From contig OZ220733.1 of the NCBI GenBank assembly GCA_965116875.1, forward strand, positions 4,544,001-4,608,000: a stretch of DNA of 64,000 bases, written 5' to 3'. The position numbers and the translations under genes are program-made. Of the stretch, positions 50,412-60,673 are shown piece after piece; the first letter of the stretch is position 1, and the number at the start of each line of letters is the position of its first letter. A model generated the notes under the pieces. The model was not told where the DNA came from and did no database searches. It was given only the letters and a program-made list of their open reading frames with translations. The DNA is from Candidatus Latescibacterota bacterium. Lineage in GTDB: Bacteria > Latescibacterota > UBA2968 > GCA-2709665.

Positions 50412-51635
50412 TCAGATTTCCGGTCGGAATGCGGATTCGAGATGCCGGATTCGAGGCGAACTGCCGCGAAAGTGGACGGCGATCACGTCGAAGCGGGGCG
50501 CCAGGCCGTGTGATGGGTGGCGTTGAAGATACGCCTGGGCGACGCGTGCGATCTGGCGCTGTTTTTCAGGTGTCACGCGGGTTTCAGGGGGACCGAAGCC
50601 CTCTGATGCGCGGGTCTTCACTTCGACAAACGCGATAATATGACCTTTGGTGACGATCAGATCGATTTCTCCGCCAGCCGCACGGTAATTTCGACGGAGA
50701 ATCCGGTACCCCGTTCTCGCGAGCGTGCCCGCGGCCGCGTTCTCGCCCCTTGTTCCGGTCCGGAAGAGTTGAGATTGCGCATTCGCGGCGGGAGGCGGTA
50801 GTCCATCCTTGCCCGCCGCGCCTCCGGTTGTTCCGGCCATTTCCAACGCGCATTCGGCATGGGAGCCGGACCGCACGCCACGAAAGGATAGCCGGTGGAT
50901 CCGGCAGGGGCCATGTATGCGGAGGGCCCGCCGGTGGTCCGCGCTGCCGTACCCCTTGTGGTCTGCGAAACCGTATTCGGGGAATTCGCTATGAAAGGCA
51001 GCCATCATGCGATCTCTTGTCACTTTGGCGAGTATGGATGCGGCCGCTATGGAGAGGGAAGCGGCGTCACCGTCGATCACCGCGGATTCAGGGAAGGCGC
51101 TCCCGGGCACCCCGTTGCCGTCCACGAGAACGCGGTCGGGCGGGACGCCAAGCCCATCGATCGCGCGGCGCATGGCGAGATAGGTGGCCTGCAGGATATT
51201 GATGCGGTCGATTTCCGCCGCAGACGCTTCGCCGATGCCGTGGGCGACGGCGGTTTCGGTGATCCGTTTGTAGAGTCCCGACCGCTTGTCCGGGGTGAGC
51301 ACTTTGGAGTCGTTCAGGCCGGGAATCAACGCCTCCCGGGGAAGGATCACCGCGGCGGCCACCACGGGACCCGCGAGGGGCCCGCGACCGGCTTCGTCGA
51401 CTCCGGCGATGCGGTGAAGACCCCGCTCGTACAGTCGATTTTCCAGAGCCTGCATTTTTTCCAGGCGTGCGCGTTCCGCCGCGACGGATTTTCGACGTCG
51501 ACGCTCTTTGAGGGCCAGACGGCGCACCCCGGCGCGAGGATCGGCATCCAGCAACTCCAGAAGGGCCGCATTGATATCATCCGGACGCTGGAGCAGGTCC
51601 CGCACTTGAGCAATGGTGAGATCGGATACGTTCAT
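50412..51635 (-). CDS. rnhB: RNase HII fused to a C-terminal YraN (UPF0102) domain
   Basis: GVDEAGRGPLAGPVV, DSK, SIAAASILAKVTRD, HKGYG; then GEIDLI...FVEVKTR...RFDVI. Confidence 0.93.
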   Translation of the reverse strand: MNVSDLTIAQVRDLLQRPDDINAALLELLDADPRAGVRRLALKERRRRKSVAAERARLEKMQALENRLYERGLHRIAGVDEAGRGPLAGPVVAAAVILPREALIPGLNDSKVLTPDKRSGLYKRITETAVAHGIGEASAAEIDRINILQATYLAMRRAIDGLGVPPDRVLVDGNGVPGSAFPESAVIDGDAASLSIAAASILAKVTRDRMMAAFHSEFPEYGFADHKGYGSADHRRALRIHGPCRIHRLSFRGVRSGSHAECALEMAGTTGGAAGKDGLPPPAANAQSQLFRTGTRGENAAAGTLARTGYRILRRNYRAAGGEIDLIVTKGHIIAFVEVKTRASEGFGPPETRVTPEKQRQIARVAQAYLQRHPSHGLAPRFDVIAVHFRGSSPRIRHLESAFRPEI

Positions 51636-51917
51636 GGAGTACGAACAGATGGCAGGAGGCCGCGGAAATCGAGCCAACGGTCATCGGTACTGTGCCGGAA
51701 ACGTGGTCGAAAGCCCTGAACACCAGGGTATTCCCACTGAATTATGGATGAACTCCCGAAAACATGCAAGAAAAAGCGGCCCGTGCGTTGCGGGAAGCAG
51801 GAAGCACCCCCGGAAGGTACGGGTCGTCCATCGACAGCCGAAAGTTGAAATCCCGAATTGTTGTTCATATATTTATCAGATTGCCGGATGTAGATCACGA
51901 AGCGTACCGGACAAAGG

Positions 51918-53699
51918 GTGGGAGTATCTGCCGTGGAACCGCGTTCGAAAACTGAGAATCTCCGAAAGCTGCTCCGATTCGTGCGTCCGTACGCACCCCG
52001 ACTGACGGCCGCGCTGGTCCTGATCGTTCTGCTGGCGTTTCTTGAGATGGCGCCGCCGCTGATTACGATGTATATCGTTGACGAGGTTATCGTGGTGGGC
52101 CGGTGGGAAATGCTGGAAGCGGCCCTGGCGTTGCTGATCCTCGTCCCCGTACTCGCCGCGGGACTGCGCGTGGTGAACGCACTGACGTTCTCATACGTCG
52201 CCAATCGCCTGGTCATGAAGGTTCGCCTGACGTTATGGGAGCATGTATTCCGCCTTTCCCTGGGATTCCATGATGAAATGGGTACCGGCAAAGTCATGTC
52301 GCGGATGATGGGCGACGTGGCAACGGTACGCCAGATGGTCTCCATGCAGATGCTGCGCGTGATAACGGATTTCGTATCGGTCGTCGCAGCCGTGAGCATC
52401 TGTTACGGGCTGAACTGGAAACTGGCGCTGCTGATGACCGTTCTCATACCCCTGTACCTTGTCAATTACAGGATTTTCATAGGGCCGATACGCGCATCAA
52501 GCCGGCGGTGGCGGCGGAAAATGGATGATGTGTCCGTGGGATTGCAGGAAAGGCTCAGCGGGGCCAGGCTGGTCAAGTCCTACGGGCGGGAAAGACGAGA
52601 AGACAGGGCGTTCGCGGCGGAGACCAGGGAGGGCCTTTCGTTCGCAATGCAGACGCAGACGTCCCGGGCGTCGGCAAGCGCCGGCTTCTGGGTGGTCTCC
52701 GGGCTGCGCAACACCCTGATTTTCTGCCTGGGCTGTTATTTCGTCATCCAGGGAGAGATGACGTACGGCGCGGTTATGGCGTTCCTTTCGTACGCAATGC
52801 GTGTATTCCAGCCGGTTTTGAATCTTCTGAGCGTCGGCATTCGATTTGAGCAGATGATGGTCTCCGTGGATCGTATCTATGAAGTGCTGGATCATCCGGT
52901 TGAAATCCGGGACGCCGGTCACGCCACGGATCTTCCGCCGGTGCGCGGACACGTCGTATTCGACCGCGTCTGGTTTGAGTACAAGGCCGGGGAGCCCGTG
53001 TTGAAGGATATCTGCCTTGACGTGCACCCCGGTCAGATGGTGGCGCTGGTAGGCCATACGGGATGCGGCAAGTCCACGCTGACCAGCCTGCTGATGCGCT
53101 ATTACGACGTTACGGAAGGGGTGATCACGGTGGACGGGCACGATATTCGAGACGTCCGGATGAGGTCCCTGCGGAAACAGGTGGGGCAGGTACTGCAGGA
53201 CTCGGTGCTTTTCAACACGACGCTGCGCGAAAATCTCAGTTATGGAAATTCCGGGGCAACGGAACGGCAGATTATAGACGCCGCGTCGGTCGGCGAAATC
53301 CACGAATTCGCGATGCGGGCGCAGGACGGATACGACACCACGGTGGGGGATGGCGGCATCAGACTTTCGGTGGGTGAAAAGCAACGGCTCGCCATTGCCC
53401 GGGCGGTGCTGACCGATCCGGCGATTATGATTCTGGACGAGGCGACGTCGGCCCTGGACTCGCTCTCCGAAGCCCTTATCCAGAAAGCAATGGCCAACGT
53501 TCTGAAGGGACGGACGTCCTTCATTATCGCGCACCGGCTGTCAACGGTTGTAAACGCGGATCTGATCCTCGTCATGGACCGGGGCGAAATCGTGGAACGC
53601 GGCAATCACGAGTCGTTGGTGAAAATCCCGAACGGAAAGTACAAAAGCCTCATCGATCAGCAGTTTGCCGGCAGTGTGTCCGTGGAAGACGCGGGTTAG
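51918..53699 (+). CDS. ABC exporter, fused TMD-NBD
   Basis: GHTGCGKST, LSVGEKQR, ILDEATS, IAHRLST. Confidence 0.93.
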   Translation: MGVSAVEPRSKTENLRKLLRFVRPYAPRLTAALVLIVLLAFLEMAPPLITMYIVDEVIVVGRWEMLEAALALLILVPVLAAGLRVVNALTFSYVANRLVMKVRLTLWEHVFRLSLGFHDEMGTGKVMSRMMGDVATVRQMVSMQMLRVITDFVSVVAAVSICYGLNWKLALLMTVLIPLYLVNYRIFIGPIRASSRRWRRKMDDVSVGLQERLSGARLVKSYGRERREDRAFAAETREGLSFAMQTQTSRASASAGFWVVSGLRNTLIFCLGCYFVIQGEMTYGAVMAFLSYAMRVFQPVLNLLSVGIRFEQMMVSVDRIYEVLDHPVEIRDAGHATDLPPVRGHVVFDRVWFEYKAGEPVLKDICLDVHPGQMVALVGHTGCGKSTLTSLLMRYYDVTEGVITVDGHDIRDVRMRSLRKQVGQVLQDSVLFNTTLRENLSYGNSGATERQIIDAASVGEIHEFAMRAQDGYDTTVGDGGIRLSVGEKQRLAIARAVLTDPAIMILDEATSALDSLSEALIQKAMANVLKGRTSFIIAHRLSTVVNADLILVMDRGEIVERGNHESLVKIPNGKYKSLIDQQFAGSVSVEDAG

Positions 53700-53738
53700 G
53701 CAGTTCAGATACACACTGGCCGAAAAACGCCGGATGCT

Positions 53739-55724
53739 GTGCGGCGGGCACGCCTTATGAACTCCAATTTCGCCAGATTCGTCAGGACGTATCTACGGCC
53801 GTTTCGTTTTCGCGTTGTCCTGGTTATGGGCCTCGCCGGCATATCCGGATCGTATTTCTACGTACTCGGATTCATAACCAAGACGACCGTTGACGATGTC
53901 CTGCAGATCAGGCCCCTGTCTGAGGAGACGTCCGGTGGCACGACGACCGGAGGGACACCGGCGAATTCGGTGGAAGACCGCTCTGCGCGGGATCCTGAGC
54001 GGGTGCTGCCACGCGGGTGGGATTCAGACCGTCCGACAACGATGAAAAGCCGCACGGAAAAAATCAGATGGCTCTGGGCCGTGTTCGCTCTTTACCTGAT
54101 CGTGCGGTTCCTTTTCGCGGGAATGACCTGGCTGTTCAATTACAATATCGCTTTTGTGGGTAACCGGCTTGTATACCGCGTGCGGCTCGACCTGCACCAG
54201 AAGGTGCAGAAACTGCAAATGACTTTCTTCGACAGGAAGCAGACCGGCAAGATTATGGCTCGAATCCTGGACGATGTTCAGTTGCTGGAGAGTGAAGTCA
54301 CCACGACACTCGTCGAAGCGATCGGCCATATGGCCAAGGTCCTGATCGGCATTGTCGTCCTGCTGCTGATCAACGTGGAACTCGCGTCGCTGGCTCTCCT
54401 GTCGCTGCCCCTTTACGCAGTTACCTACAAGCTGTTCCAACGGCCGGTTTCGGAGACGTTCGCCCGCATGCGGGAAGCCTATTCGGACACATATGGAATT
54501 CTGGAGGAACGGGTTCGAGGCATCCGGGTGGTCTACTCGTTCGCGAAAGAACGGTACGAACGCAGGTTGTTCTTCAAGCGCCTTGTCACCATTTTCCGTC
54601 TTTCATTGCGCAATTCAATGTTGAACGCGAGTCTTCGCGCCGCCTGCGCGTCCATAAGCGCCGTCGCCGTTGCGCTCATCCTGTATTGGGGAGCGCTGAT
54701 GGTACGAAGTGGCGATTTGACGGTTGGTGAGCTGATCTTCTTCAATATGTCGCTTTCCAGTCTGTTCATGCCGCTGGTGGCGCTTGCCAACGTGAATATG
54801 GTCTTCCGACAGATGGCCGTCGTCATCTCCAGGGTATTCGAAGTTCTCGACGAGAAGATTTCGATCCAGGACCGGCCCAATGCGATTCAGTTGAATCGGG
54901 TGCGCGGTCGGGTGATTTTCCGGAACGTCCGTTTCCAATACAGTGCGGTCGCGGGTGACGTAATAGAAGACCTGACCTTCTCGGTCAGGCCGGGCACTTC
55001 CGTGGCGGTTGTGGGACCTTCCGGCGCCGGCAAAAGCACGTTGTTGAGCATGTTGCTGAGGCTGTACGAACCAACCGGAGGAAGTATTCTGCTGGATGAT
55101 TACGATATTCGCGACATACGGCTTTCAAGCATCCGCAGGCACGTCAGCATGGTGCCTCAGGAACCCGTGCTGTTTTCAGGGACGATCGCCCAGAACATCG
55201 TATACGGACGGGACGGCGCCACTCCGGAACAGATCATGGAGGCCGCCAGGCGCGCTGAGCTGCATGATTTCATTATGAGCCAGCCTGAGAAATACGAAGC
55301 CCGGGTCGAGGAGGGCGGCGGCAATCTTTCCGGCGGACAAAAACAACGCCTGGCGCTGGCAATGGCGATCCTGACGGACCCTGCCATCCTGATCCTGGAC
55401 GATACCACGTCGGCGCTGGATGCCGGCACCGAGGCCCGAATCCAGAAGACCCTGGATCGTGTCATGGACGGGCGGACGACATTTGTCATCACGCACCGGG
55501 TTTCAACGGCTACCCGCACAGACAGGATCCTGGTACTCGAAAGCGGTCGAATGGCGGGATGGGGAACCCATGAGGAACTGCTGTCTCAGGGAGGAATATA
55601 CGGCCGGCTCTACGAAGAGCAGCAACGTCCGTCCGCGGCGTACGCAGGCGTGTCTGAGCCGGTCGCCGACGGCCAGGCCGGCGAGAGCCCGTCAGATGAA
55701 GATGAAATAACGAGAGGGAAGTGA
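53739..55724 (+). CDS. ABC exporter, fused TMD-NBD (probable heterodimer partner)
   Basis: GPSGAGKST, LSGGQKQR, degenerate ILDDTTS Walker B. Confidence 0.93.
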   Translation: MRRARLMNSNFARFVRTYLRPFRFRVVLVMGLAGISGSYFYVLGFITKTTVDDVLQIRPLSEETSGGTTTGGTPANSVEDRSARDPERVLPRGWDSDRPTTMKSRTEKIRWLWAVFALYLIVRFLFAGMTWLFNYNIAFVGNRLVYRVRLDLHQKVQKLQMTFFDRKQTGKIMARILDDVQLLESEVTTTLVEAIGHMAKVLIGIVVLLLINVELASLALLSLPLYAVTYKLFQRPVSETFARMREAYSDTYGILEERVRGIRVVYSFAKERYERRLFFKRLVTIFRLSLRNSMLNASLRAACASISAVAVALILYWGALMVRSGDLTVGELIFFNMSLSSLFMPLVALANVNMVFRQMAVVISRVFEVLDEKISIQDRPNAIQLNRVRGRVIFRNVRFQYSAVAGDVIEDLTFSVRPGTSVAVVGPSGAGKSTLLSMLLRLYEPTGGSILLDDYDIRDIRLSSIRRHVSMVPQEPVLFSGTIAQNIVYGRDGATPEQIMEAARRAELHDFIMSQPEKYEARVEEGGGNLSGGQKQRLALAMAILTDPAILILDDTTSALDAGTEARIQKTLDRVMDGRTTFVITHRVSTATRTDRILVLESGRMAGWGTHEELLSQGGIYGRLYEEQQRPSAAYAGVSEPVADGQAGESPSDEDEITRGK

Positions 55725-55773
55725 GAACCGGGCGGGACCTCCCTCGACGCAAAGTGACGACAGGTCCTGGCCA

Positions 55774-56550
55774 TTATTGTTCGTCATTCGTCTGGAGTTG
55801 AAGAAGAAGCGTCTCGTCGTCACCGCTGTATTTCTTGATGCACAGGTCGCAATCCGGACAGGGCCGGTTGTAGCAGTTCTTATGCACCCGGATCGGATAC
55901 TGACTCTGAAACGCTTCCGAACAATGCTTCGAGCAGAAGACGTAGCGGTCCTGAAAGCTGCCGAAGGCGGCGTAGGTGACGATGACGTCCTCTTCGGCCT
56001 GTTTCAGGTTCTTTTCACACCAGCTGCAGATGCCGGCCTGCTCTCGTGCGCGCGCCGTGCGCTTTTTTTCGATTTCTTCGTCGGACCAGACGTATTCTAT
56101 GTGCTGCACGTTGTCTTTGGTGACTTTCGCGCGTACCACGCCGTCCGTAATGCCCAGAATATAGTCGCCCTGGGTGTCGAACGTGGTGCCGCATTCGATG
56201 TTGTGCCCGGTTTTCAGGTGGATGACGGACTTGCCCTCTTCGGGCGAGATGAACGAAAACCATCCGCAGCCCGCGCAGACGCTGGTAAAGAGGAATTGCC
56301 GCGTCTTCTGGCCGCAGGCAGGACAACGGCCTTCCTCCATCATCCGGATGTCCTGGAGCGTGGTTCTTGCGGCCTTCCTGACGGCGGCGTCGATCTCCTC
56401 CATCGTTTCGTCGAGGTCGTCCGTGTCGGTCTCGGAAAGCAGATGCATGGCTTCTTCAACTTCTTCCGTCTGGCCCTCGATTACGATCTGTCTCTCGCGG
56501 CTCGAAGCCGGATTTTCTTCCTCGTCGCGCTTGAAGATGCCCTTTAACAT
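55774..56550 (-). CDS. Hypothetical multi-zinc-finger protein
   Basis: CPAC, CAGC, CSWC...FCSKHC and HKNCYNRPCPDCDLC; GAGG RBS. Confidence 0.7.
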   Translation of the reverse strand: MLKGIFKRDEEENPASSRERQIVIEGQTEEVEEAMHLLSETDTDDLDETMEEIDAAVRKAARTTLQDIRMMEEGRCPACGQKTRQFLFTSVCAGCGWFSFISPEEGKSVIHLKTGHNIECGTTFDTQGDYILGITDGVVRAKVTKDNVQHIEYVWSDEEIEKKRTARAREQAGICSWCEKNLKQAEEDVIVTYAAFGSFQDRYVFCSKHCSEAFQSQYPIRVHKNCYNRPCPDCDLCIKKYSGDDETLLLQLQTNDEQ

Positions 56551-56965
56551 ATGGCCTCACCCGAATCTAACTTTGATTCATCACTTTTCGGTGACGTTCG
56601 TTCGTATATGTGCGAGTTGACAAAGGCGATTCAACTGCGGATACCCAGGATACACCCGGTCGCTGGACGTCAACTGAAAAAATGTCCTTCCATACGACGT
56701 TGACGCCCCGTTTCGGAGAGTTTTATCACGACGCCCGGTTGCTTTTTTAATCTGGGCTGAAGCCTGCGTCGCTCTCCACGTGGAGTGCGCAGGGGGATCG
56801 ACGAACACTGAATACCGCTGACACGGGCCCTGAATCTCGCGTCTATTATCTGCGAAGCGGTACTTTAAAAAACACAAGGCCCGGCGCTTACGGGTCGCAT
56901 AAAATATAACGACGGACTGCCGATAAGTCAATTTCCCCGATCGCGAACGGATATTCTCTCAGGGA

Positions 56966-57736
56966 TCAGAGGCGCCTCAGGTGAAAGCCGCCGTCGACCG
57001 GGATCGCGGCGCCCGTTGTAAAATCGAAATAGCCCAGCGCCACGGCGGCTGCGGCTTTCCCCACGTCTTCGGGCAGACCCCATCGCCGGATGGGCGTAAG
57101 GCCCTCCGCGATTCGACGGTCGTACATCTCTCTGACCTGGCCCGTCATATCCGTTTTGATGATGCCGGGCTGGATTTCGTTGACGGTGATTCCGTGTTCG
57201 GCCAGTCTGACCGCAAAAAGCACGGTCATCATGCTGAGGCCCGCCTTGGAGATACAGTACTCGCCCCTGGACGTGGAGCCTGCGAAGGCTGAGATCGACG
57301 TGATGTTTACGATTCTGGCCTTCGGCACAATCCCGTCTCTGGTGAGTTGAATCATTTGGTTGGCAGCCAGCTGGGTCAGAAAGTAGGGGCCCTTGAGGTT
57401 GGTGTCGAGAACTTCATCGTAACACTCGGGCGTCGATTCCAGAATATCCGCACGGACGCGCGGGGCGATGCCGGCGTTGTTTACGAGCAGATCGATACGG
57501 CCGAATTCTTCCATGGTGAATTCGATCAGGCGTCGGCTGTCCTCCGGAACCGCGACAGAGGCCCTGCAGATTCGCGGCCGGCTGTTTCTCTTGCGGATCT
57601 CGTCGGCAGTCTGCTTTGCGGCATCCCGATTTTTTTCGTAATTGACAACGATGTCATAACCGGCGTCGGCCAGACAACAGGCGATGGCCCGGCCGATCCC
57701 CCGGCTCGAGCCCGTTACGAGTGCGACTGGCGTCAT
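56966..57736 (-). CDS. SDR family oxidoreductase
   Basis: TGSSRGIG, NNAG, YCISK, VDGG. Confidence 0.92.
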   Translation of the reverse strand: MTPVALVTGSSRGIGRAIACCLADAGYDIVVNYEKNRDAAKQTADEIRKRNSRPRICRASVAVPEDSRRLIEFTMEEFGRIDLLVNNAGIAPRVRADILESTPECYDEVLDTNLKGPYFLTQLAANQMIQLTRDGIVPKARIVNITSISAFAGSTSRGEYCISKAGLSMMTVLFAVRLAEHGITVNEIQPGIIKTDMTGQVREMYDRRIAEGLTPIRRWGLPEDVGKAAAAVALGYFDFTTGAAIPVDGGFHLRRL

Positions 57737-57994
57737 GGTTTCATCCTGTCTGTCTTCGCCGGAACACGTCGACGGGTGGGTGTCATCCAGATACCCCGGC
57801 AATTCCGCCCTTTCAGCAGTTCATGCGCTCCGCTGCGGCGATGTCCGGCTACGGAATGTTTTTCTTTTTGACACCCGGGGCAGGGGATGCGTTCGAACCG
57901 ACTTAAAGATAGGAATTTCCGATCGGAGTTGCGGATAATTCGTGAATGCTTCGGGAAGTAAGGTACCGGATCGCCATCACAAGGGAGGCAGGTT

Positions 57995-58765
57995 GTGGAA
58001 AATCACGTATCGGGACGCGTCGCGGGTCGGGTCGCCATTATAACGGGGGCGGCATCGGGGATTGGCGAGCGCACGGCGACGATGCTGGCTGCTGAAGGCG
58101 CCCGCGTAACCGTGGCGGACGTGGACGTTGCGGGCGGGCTGCAGACCGTGGAGAGCATTGCAGCCGACGGTGGAGAGGCGGTTTTTGTCGAAGCCGACGT
58201 GAGTGAGGCACAGCAGGTGCGACGGATGGTCTCGCAGACCGTGGACGCGTTCGGCAGGCTGGATATACTCCACAACAACGCGATCTGGTATCGCAATGCG
58301 CCGGCCACGGAACTGGAGGAATCCGTGTGGGACAGGACGTTGAACACGGGATTGAAAGCGATCTTCCTGGCTGCAAAGTACGCCGTTCCGGCGATGTTGA
58401 AAACCGGCGGCGGGTCGATCGTCAACACGGGTTCGGTACACTCCCTGGTCGGGTTCGAGACGAATACGGCCTATGATGCCGCCAAGGCCGGAGTGCTGGG
58501 CATTACACGGGTCCTGGCGCTGGACTACGGGCCCGCAATCCGTGTAAACGCCGTGCTTCCCGGCGCGATTCAGACGCCGCTCTGGGATCGGGTTGAGGTC
58601 TCCGCCGATGAACGGCGCAGGTTGGCCGAAATGGTTCCGGCGAAGCGGGTTGGCACCCCGGCCGACGTCGCGTCCGCCGTACTCTTCCTGGCTTCTGAGG
58701 AGGCGTCATTCATCACAGGCACGTCGCTCGTCGTGGATGGAGGACTGCTGGCGCGTACGATGTAA
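57995..58765 (+). CDS. SDR family oxidoreductase
   Basis: TGAASGIG, NNA, YDAAK, VVDGG. Confidence 0.92.
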   Translation: MENHVSGRVAGRVAIITGAASGIGERTATMLAAEGARVTVADVDVAGGLQTVESIAADGGEAVFVEADVSEAQQVRRMVSQTVDAFGRLDILHNNAIWYRNAPATELEESVWDRTLNTGLKAIFLAAKYAVPAMLKTGGGSIVNTGSVHSLVGFETNTAYDAAKAGVLGITRVLALDYGPAIRVNAVLPGAIQTPLWDRVEVSADERRRLAEMVPAKRVGTPADVASAVLFLASEEASFITGTSLVVDGGLLARTM

Positions 58766-58867
58766 ACGGAAGACCCGCCTTAACAACCCGTTGAAAAAGC
58801 CCATCCGGGCTGCCTGTCTGCCAAGACTTCACTGGCAGGCCTGCAGAGCGACTTAATCACCAGACTG

Positions 58868-60634
58868 TTAATGACGACCCGATGCGCCGGGCGGTACCGG
58901 TCGGGTGTGGGTAGCCGTTCGTGAGTCCCGCAGCCTGTCTGTCGCGGGTACGTCGATTTCGAGCGCGTCGGGCCTGATGACAACACCGTACTCCGCTTCT
59001 GCGGCCTCCCTTGGAATATAACCCCGCCGTACATCGTCCAGGACGGCTTCGGCAGATCGCAAAACGGGCGCGCCGTATCCGCCTCCGCCGGGGGTTTCAA
59101 GCCGGAGGCGGTCGCCTTCAATCATGTGGACGCCCTCATCCTTCGTGATGTGGGGTGGACGGTACGCTTTGCCGCGCAGCGTAAAGGTGTGCTCGGCAGT
59201 CCTGCCCGGCTTGCCGCCGAGTACCCCGAAAGGATGGAACCGGCCCCGGTCTCCGAGAAGGGAGGCACTGGCCTCGCCGCGTCTGAGTACGAATTCGAGT
59301 ACCACGCCGAATCCTCCTCTTCGGCACCCGGGCCCGCCGGAATCCTCGCGCAGGGCGTAGGTCTCGAAGAGTACCGGGTATCGGGATTCGAAGATCTCCA
59401 ACGCCTGCGTGCGGGCGACGGCGATGGTGGGATTGCCGTTGGTGAGCCCGTCCGTCAGGTAGTTTCCGCCATAACCTCCTCCTATAAAGGAATAGAAGAC
59501 GAAATACCCCCTTTCCGGATCGTCGCCGCCCACGGAGAGATTGGTGACGGTTCCCATGGGTCCGGCGTAGCAGCGGTCCGGCACGGCCTGGCTCATTGCG
59601 CCAAGTACCGAGTCAATCATTCGCTGACAGACTTCCGCTGCGCATCCCGAGACGGGACGCGGGGGCAGGGCGTGCAGGAAGGTAGTGGACGGAATATCGA
59701 AGGAAAAGGGTTTGAAACAGCCTCTGTTGATGGGTACATCCGGAAAAAAATGCTTGAACGCGATGAAAACGCCTGCCATTGTCGTACTCAATACACTGTT
59801 AAGAGGACCGCGGCACGCCGGGCTGCTGTCCGAGAGGTCGATGTGAACGCTGTCGCCGGCGACAGTCATTTCGAGATGGATATGCAACGGCTTCCAATCC
59901 ACTCCGTCGCTGTCCATGTATTCGTCAAAGGCGTACCGACCATCCGGAATGGCGGCAATGTGTTTCCGCATCATCTTCTCGGAACGGAGTTCCAGTTCGC
60001 TGACAACCTCGAACACGGTCGGTTCGCCGTATCGGTCCAACAGTGCTGTCAACCGATCGGCGCCGAGGTTCAGCGATGCCACTTGTGCGATGATGTCTCC
60101 CTGTCGTTCCCCGGGTACGCGAACGTTGTGCAGGATGACGTCGACCACTTCCTGATTGAGCCTGCCCGCGTCCATGAGCTTGAGGGGAGGCAGCCGCAAG
60201 CCTTCCTGGAATACCTCAGTGGCTTTCGCCGAGAAGCCGCCCGGAACCCGGCCGCCGATGTCAGGCCAGTGCCCGCTGTTTGCCAGGTAGAACGCGAGTC
60301 CGTTTTCATAGAAGAACGGTCTGATCAGCTTTACGTCCATCAGGTGCGTGCCGCCCAGGTACGGGTCGTTGACAATATAGACGTCGCCCTCGGCCGGCTC
60401 ATTGAAATGTTCGATGGTTGAACGCACGGTGTGTTGCATCACGCATATAAAATTCGGCAGGCCGCGCGGCCCCTGCACGATTACCGCTCCGTCGTTCGCG
60501 GCATAGATGCCGCTGGCCCGGTCGAATCCATCCGAAATCACCGGCGAGAAAGCCATGCGTTCCAGCGTGGCATCCATCTCATCGGCGATCTGTTCCAGGC
60601 TGCCGCGGATTACGGCCAGAGTGATCGGATCCAT
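58868..60634 (-). CDS. Hydantoinase B/5-oxoprolinase family protein
   Basis: MDPITLAVI, AFSPVI, NDPYLGGTHLMD, HWPDIGG, EGLRLPP, TPGGGGYG. Confidence 0.92.
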   Translation of the reverse strand: MDPITLAVIRGSLEQIADEMDATLERMAFSPVISDGFDRASGIYAANDGAVIVQGPRGLPNFICVMQHTVRSTIEHFNEPAEGDVYIVNDPYLGGTHLMDVKLIRPFFYENGLAFYLANSGHWPDIGGRVPGGFSAKATEVFQEGLRLPPLKLMDAGRLNQEVVDVILHNVRVPGERQGDIIAQVASLNLGADRLTALLDRYGEPTVFEVVSELELRSEKMMRKHIAAIPDGRYAFDEYMDSDGVDWKPLHIHLEMTVAGDSVHIDLSDSSPACRGPLNSVLSTTMAGVFIAFKHFFPDVPINRGCFKPFSFDIPSTTFLHALPPRPVSGCAAEVCQRMIDSVLGAMSQAVPDRCYAGPMGTVTNLSVGGDDPERGYFVFYSFIGGGYGGNYLTDGLTNGNPTIAVARTQALEIFESRYPVLFETYALREDSGGPGCRRGGFGVVLEFVLRRGEASASLLGDRGRFHPFGVLGGKPGRTAEHTFTLRGKAYRPPHITKDEGVHMIEGDRLRLETPGGGGYGAPVLRSAEAVLDDVRRGYIPREAAEAEYGVVIRPDALEIDVPATDRLRDSRTATHTRPVPPGASGRH

Positions 60635-60673
60635 TCCGGATTCGCCCCTGATTGCAGATGAATCGTGAACCGG

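Noticed and set aside
50412-51635. RNase HII-YraN fusion as a novelty
   Set aside because: These genes are commonly adjacent and fusions are known.
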